Origin: Dehalococcoidales bacterium
GTDB lineage: Bacteria; Chloroflexota; Dehalococcoidia; Dehalococcoidales; BS750m-G39
Direction of reading: 5' to 3'
Length of the DNA: 64,000 bases
Assembly: GCA_034419075.1 (NCBI GenBank)
Contig: DAOULR010000001.1
Location: 1,766 to 65,765, forward strand
Position 1 is the stretch's first letter; each line of letters begins with the position of its first letter. The translations under genes were made by a program, and so were the position numbers. Shown here piece after piece: positions 50,376 to 59,481 of this stretch. The notes beneath the pieces are model-generated. The model searched no databases. It had not been told where the DNA came from and saw only the letters and a list, made by a program, of their open reading frames with translations.

Positions 50376-51869
50376 ATGGCAATTAAAACACCGCAGGAGT
50401 ATATCGAGAGTATCAGGGATGACCGCGTGGTCTACTATCTCGGGGAGAGGGTCAAAGACGTTACCCAGCACCCTTTTCTGAAGATTTGTATTGACTGGAT
50501 GGCTACAGACTATGTCCTCTCGAATGACCCCCGATACCAGAGCCTACTCACCGAAAAAGATGAAGACGGTGAACTGGTGCCCTTCATCCTGAGTGCCCAG
50601 AAAAGCCGGGAAGACCTGCTCCGGCTGAGGGATATAGTGAAACTCATGGCCAGGGTTTGCTACGGCAAGCCGTCCGGGGCTAAGTTCGTGGGCAAGGATG
50701 GGCTGAATGCCGTGACCGTGGTCTCACAGCGCGTCGACAAGAAATACGGCACACACTATGCCAAAAACGTTGAGGCATATCGCCAATACCTGCAGAAAAA
50801 CGACCTATCCCTGGCCATGGGAATGACCGACGTCAAGGGCGACCGGAGCCTGCGTCCCTCAAAGCAACAGCCCCACCAGGACTATTATGTCCACATAGTC
50901 GACGAGCGTAAAGACGGAATCGTGGTCAGAGGGGCTAAGATGCACATCAGCGAGGCCCCCCTTTCCAACGAGATAATCGTTGTGCCCTGCCGGGCGATGC
51001 AGGAGGATGACAAGGACTACGCTGTTTCCTTCGGCATTAATGCCGATGCCAAGGGCATTACTATGGTCAGCCCTGAAGCAGAAACCAATGAGCCGGGTAA
51101 TTTCTTTGACCATCCCATCACTGCCAGCGTCTATATTAATGATGCCCTCATCGCCTTTGACGACGTATTTATACCTAATGAAAGAATATTTTTGAAGAGG
51201 GAATGGGAGTTCGCTGGCGATATCGCCTATATGTTCGGCGATTTTCATCGCCTCAGTGCCGAGACCTACAAAGCGGCCGAACTTGAAATCCTTACCGGCG
51301 CCGCCGTGTTGATGGCTGAATACAACGGGATTGACCAAGCCTCACACGTTAAGGAAAAACTCACTTGGCTAGCGCAATATACTGAGGCAGTTGAAATTCT
51401 GGGCAGCGCTGCCTGCGAACATTGTGTATCCGAACCTGATTCTGACCTAGTCTATCCCAACCCGATGATCGCCAACATATGCAAGCTCTACTTCGCCGAT
51501 AACTGGCACCAGGCTACCAAGTACGTTCAGGATATTGCCGGGGGTATCGTGGCCACCGTTCCCTCAGCCAAGGACTGGCAGAACCCGGTGACGCACAAAC
51601 TAATGGAAAAATACTTCGGCGGTAAGGAGGGCATTCCTACCGAACACAGGCTCAAGGTTATAAAGCTGATAAAAGATTCTACCTCTGTCTACGAAGACGT
51701 GCTCACTATTCATGCCGAGGGTTCCCCGGCGGCGCAGAAGCTTTCTATATACTCCTTGGCCGATTTTGAAAGGTATAAGGCAGCAGCCAAGAGAGCCGCC
51801 AGGATTAAGGACGGAACGGAACACCCCATCTTTAGCCAACTGCCAGAGTTCCCCCCAGGGATAGCCTAA
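50376..51869 (+). CDS. 4-hydroxybutyryl-CoA dehydratase (AbfD)/HpaB-family flavoprotein lacking the Fe-S cysteines
   Basis: MTDVKGDRSLRPS, GIVVRGAKMH, FDDVFIPNERIF, DIAGG, HAEGSPAAQ motifs. Confidence 0.85.
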   Translation: MAIKTPQEYIESIRDDRVVYYLGERVKDVTQHPFLKICIDWMATDYVLSNDPRYQSLLTEKDEDGELVPFILSAQKSREDLLRLRDIVKLMARVCYGKPSGAKFVGKDGLNAVTVVSQRVDKKYGTHYAKNVEAYRQYLQKNDLSLAMGMTDVKGDRSLRPSKQQPHQDYYVHIVDERKDGIVVRGAKMHISEAPLSNEIIVVPCRAMQEDDKDYAVSFGINADAKGITMVSPEAETNEPGNFFDHPITASVYINDALIAFDDVFIPNERIFLKREWEFAGDIAYMFGDFHRLSAETYKAAELEILTGAAVLMAEYNGIDQASHVKEKLTWLAQYTEAVEILGSAACEHCVSEPDSDLVYPNPMIANICKLYFADNWHQATKYVQDIAGGIVATVPSAKDWQNPVTHKLMEKYFGGKEGIPTEHRLKVIKLIKDSTSVYEDVLTIHAEGSPAAQKLSIYSLADFERYKAAAKRAARIKDGTEHPIFSQLPEFPPGIA

Positions 51870-51918
51870 TTCGGCCCGTGACTTGTTTGGTTATTTTTTG
51901 ATTGGAGGAGGAAAGCCA

Positions 51919-52779
51919 ATGGAAATCAAGAAAGTCGGTGTGGTCGGTTGCGGGTTGATGGGTAGTGGTATCGCCCAGGTCTGTGCCCAATCAGGCTACC
52001 AAGTAGTGGTCTCGGAAATAAACGATGACCTGCTGAATAAAGGGCTGGCATCAATCAATGCCCGGCTGGCTAAAAGTGTGGAAAAGGGGAAGCTCTCCGC
52101 TGAGGAAAGGGACAAAGCCCTCAACCGCATTAAAGGCACTACCAATAGTCAGGACTTCTCTGACTGCGGTCTAGTAATAGAAGCCATTATTGAGAAGGTG
52201 GAGCCGAAGAGGAAGGTATTTGCCAAGCTGGATAAAATATGCCCCAAAGATACCATCCTAGCTACGAATACGTCGGTCTTATCCATAATTGAAATCGCCG
52301 AGGCAACTAAGCGGCCGGACAAGGTGCTGGGGCTGCACTTCTTTAACCCGGTGCCAGTCATGGAACTGGTAGAGGCAATCAAGACCATCGCCACCAGTGA
52401 AGATACTCTTAGAATTGGCACTGAATTCGTTAAGTCCTTGGGAAAGACGGCCATTATCGCCAAGGATACTCCGGGCTTTGTGGTCAACCGCCAGCTGGAA
52501 CCTTTCCTAAACAATGCTATCCGCATGCTGGAAGACGGCGTTGCCACCAGGGAAGACATCGATGCCGGCGTAAAGCTGGGGCTAAATCACCCCATCGGCC
52601 CTCTAGAGCTGGCCGATTTAATTGGCCTGGACACCGTTTACTTTGGCGCCATTGACATGTATGATAAATTCAAAGAGCCCCAATATGCCCCGCCCGTTCT
52701 GCTGGGCAAGATGGTTGCCGCCGGCTGGCTGGGGCGTAAGACCGGAAAAGGCTTTTACGATTACGAAAAACCGGCCTGA
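51919..52779 (+). CDS. 3-hydroxyacyl-CoA (3-hydroxybutyryl-CoA) dehydrogenase
   Basis: VGVVGCGLMGSGIA, ATNTS, GLHFFNPVPVM, HPIGPLEL.D, GRKTGKGFYDY motifs. Confidence 0.95.
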   Translation: MEIKKVGVVGCGLMGSGIAQVCAQSGYQVVVSEINDDLLNKGLASINARLAKSVEKGKLSAEERDKALNRIKGTTNSQDFSDCGLVIEAIIEKVEPKRKVFAKLDKICPKDTILATNTSVLSIIEIAEATKRPDKVLGLHFFNPVPVMELVEAIKTIATSEDTLRIGTEFVKSLGKTAIIAKDTPGFVVNRQLEPFLNNAIRMLEDGVATREDIDAGVKLGLNHPIGPLELADLIGLDTVYFGAIDMYDKFKEPQYAPPVLLGKMVAAGWLGRKTGKGFYDYEKPA

Positions 52780-52839
52780 GTACGGATTAGGTTAGGGTTA
52801 GGGGCATCTTAACGACACCGGGAGTTCTTAAGGTGAGCT

Positions 52840-54360
52840 ATGGAAGCATTTTTTTGGTGGACTGATGAGCAGAAAAAACTGGCTGTCGAAGCCAGGGAGT
52901 TTGTCGATGACCTGATGCCCAGGGCTGAGGAGGCTTCCTGGAAGAAAGAGTTTCCCCGGGACATCGCTGATCGCATCGCCGGTAGAGGGTACTTCGGGGT
53001 TGGCATAGCCAAGGAGAACGGGGGTATGGGGCTGGGTATAACCGGGACCTGCATTGTTAACGAGGAGGTCAGCCGTATGCCGGCTTTGGGACCCGGTATA
53101 TTCACCTCGGCTATGCTGGGAGGGGTTCATCAGATTACCGAGTTCGGCACCGCTGAGCAGAAGGCCAGATTCTTAGCCAGGGTGGCTAAGGGGGAGCTGG
53201 GGGCAGTCGCTCTTACCGAGCCCTTTGTCGGTACCGATGCCGCTGGCATTGAGACTACCGCCCGGCGTGATGGCGACCGGTATATAATCAACGGCAAGAA
53301 GAGGTTCGTGACCGGAGCCGGCACCGCCAGCCGGTACATGCTCTACGCCCGGACCAGTGATGACGCCGAAGCTGTACGCCACAACCGCCACCTTACCGGC
53401 TTCATCGTGGAAAAGGGGATGCCCGGCTTCACTATAGAAAAAATAAACGAACTGATTGCCCTGGATAATATTCACAACGGCTATCTGAACCTGGATGAGG
53501 TGTCGGTGCCGGCAGATAACCGTGTCGGAGATGAGGGCCAGGGCTGGCAGATAATGATGTCGGGGCTTAACTATGAACGGTTAATCTGTGCTACACTGGC
53601 GGTTGGCGGCTTTCGCGAACTGCTTAAAAGCGTGGTTTCCTACGGGCAAAGGCGCGTCCAGTTCGGCCAGCCGACGATAAATATTACCACCAACCAGTTC
53701 AAGATTGCCGACATGCTCACGGAACTTAAGCTGGCCAGACTAGCCACCTACTACGCCGCCCACCTTATGGATTCGGGGCAGCCAGCGGTGGTAGAAGCCT
53801 CTATTGCCAAGCTCTACGGTGCTGATATGCTCATGCAAGCCAGCGTGGAGGCGACTCAGGTGATGGGGGGAGATGGTGCTACCAAATTCTATCCCCTGGA
53901 TAGAATAATGAGGGAGGCCAAGACGGCTCAGATAGCCGGCGGCACCAGCGAGGCGATGAAGCTCCTTATTTACCGGATGGGACTAAGAGAAATGGCCGAA
54001 GAGCTGAAGATGCCGCACCGGGTCATCCACGAGGAGCTGGGGGTGCCTATGCCGACAGCGGAGCCGGCTAAACAACACCAGATTGATGACGATAAGCTGC
54101 TGGGGGTGCTGGCCGAAGACTACCGGGTCAACCCAGGTCTGTACATGAGCCGGGAGGACTTGAAAGCGCGGTTTGACGTGGAGGATAAAGAATTAGACCG
54201 GGTACTGGTATCTCTGGAAGAGAAAGGGCTGGTTAAGCTGTACCGGAGGCGCGGTGCGATTGAGCTGGCTAAGGCGACCTACCAAGGGCTGAAGAAGGCT
54301 AATTCAGCAGAATACTACCGGTGGTTCCCACCGAGGGTCAGAAAAGAAGATATTTTCTAG
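52840..54360 (+). CDS. acyl-CoA dehydrogenase with a ~110-aa C-terminal winged-helix-like extension
   Basis: ALTEPFVGTDA, INGKKRFVT, NYERL, FGQP, QVMGGDG, AGGTSE motifs, then an extra domain. Confidence 0.9.
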   Translation: MEAFFWWTDEQKKLAVEAREFVDDLMPRAEEASWKKEFPRDIADRIAGRGYFGVGIAKENGGMGLGITGTCIVNEEVSRMPALGPGIFTSAMLGGVHQITEFGTAEQKARFLARVAKGELGAVALTEPFVGTDAAGIETTARRDGDRYIINGKKRFVTGAGTASRYMLYARTSDDAEAVRHNRHLTGFIVEKGMPGFTIEKINELIALDNIHNGYLNLDEVSVPADNRVGDEGQGWQIMMSGLNYERLICATLAVGGFRELLKSVVSYGQRRVQFGQPTINITTNQFKIADMLTELKLARLATYYAAHLMDSGQPAVVEASIAKLYGADMLMQASVEATQVMGGDGATKFYPLDRIMREAKTAQIAGGTSEAMKLLIYRMGLREMAEELKMPHRVIHEELGVPMPTAEPAKQHQIDDDKLLGVLAEDYRVNPGLYMSREDLKARFDVEDKELDRVLVSLEEKGLVKLYRRRGAIELAKATYQGLKKANSAEYYRWFPPRVRKEDIF

Positions 54361-54375
54361 AGAAGCGGCATAGGG

Positions 54376-54410
54376 CCGGAAAAGGCTTTTACGATTGCGA
54401 AAGACCCGCA
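54376..54410 (+). pseudogene. remnant 3' end of a 3-hydroxyacyl-CoA dehydrogenase gene
   Basis: Encodes GKGFYDCERPA* versus GKGFYDYEKPA*. 21-bp exact match to 52742-52762. Confidence 0.7.
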
Positions 54411-54434
54411 TAAAGATAGGAGGGCTTTAGACAT

Positions 54435-55106
54435 ATGTCGGAAACAGGGGAATACAAGGAACTTCTAAAAAGACTGGAAAAAGCCGAAAAAAACGCCCAG
54501 ATAGCCAGAGATTGGGTTGAGATTTCTAATCTGCACGGACGTTATAATCACCTTTGTTTAGGCCACTATTGGGAAAAAATCTGCGATGAGCTTTTTGCCA
54601 AGAAGACCCCCGGGGTCAAGGCAGAGATAGTTGAGAGCGGTGTTTTCCACGGCATTGAGGGCGTCAAAAAGGTTTTTATAGAGATGCTGGGCAAGCTCTA
54701 TAACTACGAAGGGAACTGCGCCATCCACGAGCTGACGACGCCGGTTATTCAGATACAACCGGATATGAAAACAGCCAAAGGGATGTGGTTCCATATCGGG
54801 CTTAACACATTTCTTGATCCGGTCAAGGGCGTGATTCCCATATGGCAAGTTATAAAATACAACCATATCTTCGTTAAAGAAGACGGACAGTGGAAGTTCT
54901 GGGACTACCGGGCTCATCTGATGCTACGCAGTTCCTACGAAAAGGCATGGGTTGAAGAACCAGTTATTCAGGGTAGTACTATCAAGGGCGCCAAGGAAGC
55001 CGAAGCGCCCAAACCCGATGAGCCGACCAGTTTCCATCAGCCCTACCCCGGGAAGAAAGGATACTGGGCAGGCCTGCCACTGCCACCGGAATACATTGAC
55101 CTTTAG
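54435..55106 (+). CDS. SnoaL-like / NTF2-family protein
   Basis: EISNLHGRY, IHELTTPVI, KYNHIFVKEDGQWKFW motifs. Confidence 0.85.
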   Translation: MSETGEYKELLKRLEKAEKNAQIARDWVEISNLHGRYNHLCLGHYWEKICDELFAKKTPGVKAEIVESGVFHGIEGVKKVFIEMLGKLYNYEGNCAIHELTTPVIQIQPDMKTAKGMWFHIGLNTFLDPVKGVIPIWQVIKYNHIFVKEDGQWKFWDYRAHLMLRSSYEKAWVEEPVIQGSTIKGAKEAEAPKPDEPTSFHQPYPGKKGYWAGLPLPPEYIDL

Positions 55107-55161
55107 GCTCGGCCTTTATCGGTAAGATAACATTGAGGGGCTTGGGTATAAGTGCTACGGT

Positions 55162-57249
55162 CTAAATAGCACGAGCAATGCGCGCCCCATCGGCAATAGC
55201 ATCTACTATCAGGTTTGGCTCCTTGCAGTCGCCAATGGCGTGGATTTCCGGGGCTAAACCCTTCAGCTCCTTGATAAGCTCTGTATTTGGCTGCAGGGGC
55301 AGCGCTGTCACTATCGTATCGGCTTCGATGGTCTGCCTCTCCCCATCCTTAGTCGTGATGGTCAGCCCTCTGTCGGTTATCTCCTCATAGTTAACCCCGG
55401 GTATCATGACTACCCCCTTTTCATCCAGCCAGTTAAGCAGGTGCGGCTTGATGAATATATCCAACAACCCGTCCCCAATTTCCTCGGCCGTGTCCACTAT
55501 GGTCACCTTCCTGCCTCGCTTAACCAGAAACTCAGCGGTCTGGCAGCCCTGTATATTACCCCCCATGATAACAACCCTTTTACCTAGGGGCATCCAGAAC
55601 CTAGTCAGCCATCTCAGCATCTTGGGGCTCAAGAACCTCAGGAAGCCCTTGAGCCTCTGGTGTAGAGCCTGGCTGGTGACTACATTACGCCTATCTATTC
55701 CCGGCACCTCCGGAATGTTATGTGTCCCTCCCGCGGCGATGATGAGCACATCGGGCTTGACCTCTTCGACAACTGACCGGTCTACCTCTTTACCCAGTTT
55801 TACCTCGACACCCAGCTTGATAAGCTGGGTTCTGTAGTATTTGACCAGGCCCAAGATATCCTCCCGGTCAAACCCCTTCACCAGGGCCGCCAGCACTGTT
55901 GAGCCGCCGAACCGGGGCTCTTTATCGTAGAGTATTACTTCATGCCCCCTCAAGGCGGCCACCTTGGCCGTCTCCATCCCCGCCGGCCCGCTGCCGACCA
56001 CCATAACCCTTTTCTTCTTCTTGGCCGGTTTAAGCTCGTATTCCTTCTCTTTGCCTATAGCCGCGTTTACCTGGCACAGCGGCGGGTTACCGTGTTCATT
56101 ATTATCAAAGCAGGTGGTACAGCCGGTGCAGGGGCGAATATCCTCTAATCTGCCTTCAGCAAGCTTGTTGGGAAGCTCCGGGTCGGCCATCAGACGCCGG
56201 TTGAAACTGATGAAGTCTACGGCACCACGGCGTAGCAATTTCTCACCGAGTTCCGGGTCAAGTCTGCCTATGGTAATGACTGGTATTGATACTACCTTCT
56301 TAACGGCGATGGCTGGAGGCACCCAGCCCCCCACCCCGTGACGGCTATCATCAACCTCTCCTCTCAATGGAAACGGGGTTTCCGGATAAAAAGCGATATC
56401 GGGGAACTGGGTGCTATCACGTTTAGCGGGATCTTTGGGCTTGTTATAAAACTCAACCCTCACGTGAATAGCATCGGCACCGGCGGCTTGCAATATTTGG
56501 GCAATCCCCTGGCACTCCTCAGGGGTTATACCTTTCTCCAGCCCCGGCTCGGCGCCATTAATAAGGGCGATGATGGCAAAGTCCTGGCCGTTGAGCCTTT
56601 TTACCTCTTTGATTATATCAACGACAATCTTGGCTCGGCTTTCCAGGCTGCCGACACCATAGGCGTCTTGGCGTTTATTCCAGGCGCGAGATAAGAAACT
56701 ATTCAGCAGGTGATTACAGCCGGCATTCAGCTCTATGCCCTGAAATCCAGCCCTCTTAGCCCTATTCACCAAGTCGCCGAAGGCTTCTACAATCCCCTCA
56801 ATCTCAACAACGGTCAGCTCCCGGCAAGGGGCTAAATGAGGGAGAGGCAGCTCGCTCTTGCTCAATGATGAAGCGGCTAACGGCTCCGCTCCTGCCTCTG
56901 CCAGAAACGGCGGTAACATCGGGCCTAAATGAAAGGTTTGTACGAAGGCGGGGCAATCATGTTTTCGGATAGCCTCAGCCAGTCTGGTCATATCGGGCAG
57001 ATATTTATCATCGTTCATCAGGTATCCTCGCCCGGGCGGGACACCAAGAGGGGCCGCCCCCACCGTTACAATACCAGCGCCACCTTTGGCTAAAACCTCG
57101 TAGCTATCTATTACTCCTTGCTGGATATGACCATCTTCCCAGGGATAAAAGCCCAGCGTTGAGCCTGTCTTTAATAGACGGTTTCTGGTGCGTACCGAAC
57201 CTATATAACCGGGTTCCAGGAGCTTACGAAACCTTCTGCTGCTAGGCAT
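55162..57249 (-). CDS. NADH:flavin oxidoreductase (OYE-like/FadH/BaiH family), paralog of 31026
   Basis: AKGGAGIVTVG, AGFQGIELN, CTGCTTC...CQVN, VVGSGPAGME motifs. Confidence 0.92.
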   Translation of the reverse strand: MPSSRRFRKLLEPGYIGSVRTRNRLLKTGSTLGFYPWEDGHIQQGVIDSYEVLAKGGAGIVTVGAAPLGVPPGRGYLMNDDKYLPDMTRLAEAIRKHDCPAFVQTFHLGPMLPPFLAEAGAEPLAASSLSKSELPLPHLAPCRELTVVEIEGIVEAFGDLVNRAKRAGFQGIELNAGCNHLLNSFLSRAWNKRQDAYGVGSLESRAKIVVDIIKEVKRLNGQDFAIIALINGAEPGLEKGITPEECQGIAQILQAAGADAIHVRVEFYNKPKDPAKRDSTQFPDIAFYPETPFPLRGEVDDSRHGVGGWVPPAIAVKKVVSIPVITIGRLDPELGEKLLRRGAVDFISFNRRLMADPELPNKLAEGRLEDIRPCTGCTTCFDNNEHGNPPLCQVNAAIGKEKEYELKPAKKKKRVMVVGSGPAGMETAKVAALRGHEVILYDKEPRFGGSTVLAALVKGFDREDILGLVKYYRTQLIKLGVEVKLGKEVDRSVVEEVKPDVLIIAAGGTHNIPEVPGIDRRNVVTSQALHQRLKGFLRFLSPKMLRWLTRFWMPLGKRVVIMGGNIQGCQTAEFLVKRGRKVTIVDTAEEIGDGLLDIFIKPHLLNWLDEKGVVMIPGVNYEEITDRGLTITTKDGERQTIEADTIVTALPLQPNTELIKELKGLAPEIHAIGDCKEPNLIVDAIADGARIARAI

Positions 57250-57297
57250 AAATATACCTCCCGTAGTTACCCCGCTATAGAGAATAGGCTCACGGCC

Positions 57298-58533
57298 TCA
57301 CTTACTCTGAAGAATCCCGCGGGCTATCGTTTCAAAGACGTCATCAGGAATAGACCACTTGCGTATGGAGCCTTCGTTCTTAACCGCCTTCACAATCTCA
57401 GCAATCTGCTCCTTGGTTGCCGAGAGCCCCAGCTCCTCCAGTTTCCTGGCCACCGCCGTCTTGCCGGTCATTTTGCCCAGAACGATATTGTAACCCTTTT
57501 TCCGCCCGATCATCTCAGGCAGACAGATGAAAGGAGCAAAGGGTCTATCGGTATTCTTCAAGCGCTCAATCGAGTCAACCACCATGCCCGATTCAAAGTC
57601 ATACTGGTTGGCCCCGGTTACGGGCTTATTCATGGGAATAGGTATTTTGGTCAGGTCGGAAACCAGCTGGCAAACTGGATAAATCTTATCAAGCTTGATA
57701 CCGGTATCAACACCGAGAAGCATTTCCAGGTCCAGTGCCACTTCCTCGGTAGCCGCATTGCCCGACCTCTCACCGAGGGCGTTTATTGACGTGTGAACCA
57801 CTGACGCGCCTCCGGCCACTGCTGCCAGCATATCCACGGTAGCCAAGCCATAATCATTATGGGCATGCATTTCTATGGGAGTGTCACCCACCCATTCCCT
57901 CAACTTGCCGATGATATAGACTGTAGTCCAGGGCAGACTAAAGCCGTGGGTATCAGCGATAACCACATGGTCAACCCCGGCGTCATTAACCAGGCTCTTA
58001 TACATCCGTTCCAGGAAAGGCATCGGCGCCAGGAAATCATCCCAGGGCATGGTGGCAGTGAAGATGCCGTTCTTCTTGGCGTAGGCGGCCACTCTGACCA
58101 GCCTTTCCAGCATGTCATCCTCGCTCATGCCAAAAAAGACCTTATTCAACCAAGGGTTGCCGGCACACTCAATAACGACACCGTCGGCTCCAGACTCCAG
58201 GGCATTATCGATTTCCCACTCGTTCCAGCGGCAGAGGAAGAACACCTTAGCCTTTCGGGGCATCTTGACCATCTCCTTAGCCACCTCTTTATCCTCATCG
58301 GATACGATGGGAAATATCTCCACACTATGGACTCCCAGTTCGTCCAGCGCCTTAAAGATGCGTATTTTTTCATCGGGGCGCAGGGCAACATGGGGCGCCT
58401 GCTCCGCCTCTCGCAGAGTCACGTCATGGATATAGACCCTGTCAGGCAGGTGGAACTGGTTCCTTACCTCGTCCAAATAATTGAAGTCCGTTATCCAGTA
58501 GTTATCGGTCAACCCGGAGAGTTTCTTCTTCAT
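57298..58533 (-). CDS. DRE-TIM metallolyase, homocitrate/isopropylmalate synthase-like (no regulatory domain)
   Basis: DVTLREAEQ, HAHNDYGLA, GERSGNA, ESG motifs. Confidence 0.88.
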   Translation of the reverse strand: MKKKLSGLTDNYWITDFNYLDEVRNQFHLPDRVYIHDVTLREAEQAPHVALRPDEKIRIFKALDELGVHSVEIFPIVSDEDKEVAKEMVKMPRKAKVFFLCRWNEWEIDNALESGADGVVIECAGNPWLNKVFFGMSEDDMLERLVRVAAYAKKNGIFTATMPWDDFLAPMPFLERMYKSLVNDAGVDHVVIADTHGFSLPWTTVYIIGKLREWVGDTPIEMHAHNDYGLATVDMLAAVAGGASVVHTSINALGERSGNAATEEVALDLEMLLGVDTGIKLDKIYPVCQLVSDLTKIPIPMNKPVTGANQYDFESGMVVDSIERLKNTDRPFAPFICLPEMIGRKKGYNIVLGKMTGKTAVARKLEELGLSATKEQIAEIVKAVKNEGSIRKWSIPDDVFETIARGILQSK

Positions 58534-58639
58534 CCAGTTACCCCCTATAAATTGCTACGATTGAAAGTATATAAGATTCATCGGCAAAAAAAAAGATAAA
58601 AAATTAACAAGATAATAAATTAACAATATACGGAGTAAC

Positions 58640-58668
58640 TTGACGCCGCTGATGGCGGCAGTTATTAT
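58640..58668 (+). promoter_or_regulatory. sigma70 promoter for the nitroreductase gene
   Basis: TTGACG (58640-58645), 17 nt spacer, TATTAT (58663-58668). Confidence 0.6.
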
Positions 58669-58737
58669 TTGCCCATACCTATTTATCCAAAAACGATTGA
58701 ACCGCTTCACCGGAAATAACACCGCAAAGGAGACGAG

Positions 58738-59295
58738 ATGGAAACACTGGAAGCAATAGAAAAGAGGGCCAGTCTAAAAACACATCTCTCAACGCGTGAA
58801 GTTGAACAGGACAAAATAATCAAGGTCCTGGAAGCCGCCAGACTGGCACCCTCAGCAACTAACGAACAGCCATGGCGATTCGTTGTGGTTAAGGGCAAAG
58901 AGAATGTTGAGAATGTGGTAACCAGAGCATCCAGAATGGGGAGAAAAGCGTTTGATGAAGCACCTGTCCTTATTCTCGTATTTGTTAATCCCAAGGACTA
59001 TGTTTTCCCTGATGGGAAAACATTTTATCTTCTTGACATAGGTCTAGCGATGGAAAACGTTCTCTTGGCGGCGACTGACCTTGGGCTAATTACTCATCCG
59101 ATGGCAAGTCTGGACGGGGACAAGCTGAAAGAAATGCTGGGTATTCCTGATGAAATGGAGTTTATCATCGCCACGCCTCTCGGATATCCGGTCGAGAGTT
59201 CCTACGAAGAGGCAGCTCAGGAAAGATTAAGCCAACGCAACCGGAAAGACCTCAAAGAATTGGTTTGTATGAACGCTTGGGGGAGGCCATTTTAG
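58738..59295 (+). CDS. nitroreductase family protein
   Basis: IEKRAS, AARLAPSATNEQPWRFVVV, AATDLGL motifs. Confidence 0.93.
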   Translation: METLEAIEKRASLKTHLSTREVEQDKIIKVLEAARLAPSATNEQPWRFVVVKGKENVENVVTRASRMGRKAFDEAPVLILVFVNPKDYVFPDGKTFYLLDIGLAMENVLLAATDLGLITHPMASLDGDKLKEMLGIPDEMEFIIATPLGYPVESSYEEAAQERLSQRNRKDLKELVCMNAWGRPF

Positions 59296-59481
59296 GCTTA
59301 TCTGCATCTGCGCTATTCACCTCAAGCGGAGGCCGGGCAGTGCACAAAACGGGCTTTTGTTGATAGTCCTTGAGCTACTTTTGAGTTCGGCATTGAAAAC
59401 AGTATGCTTGTATTGAATCTGCCCACTTTTTTAGTCCCCATTACCTTCCTCCCTACCATCAGAATTCTTCCGGCGTTGAGA

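Noticed and set aside
50376-51869. Annotating as HpaB aromatic monooxygenase or as a true AbfD
   Set aside because: The context is anaerobic (ETF, Fe-S, Mo-bisPGD), the sequence follows the AbfD scaffold, and the AbfD cluster ligands are missing, so neither label is supported.
31026-57249. Calling the region a bile-acid 7-dehydroxylation (bai) operon
   Set aside because: No BaiB-type CoA ligase, class III CoA-transferase or MFS transporter is seen. Only fold-level parallels exist.
57859-58599. 246-aa plus-strand ORF opposite the leuA-like gene
   Set aside because: It is an antisense shadow with no motif or RBS support.
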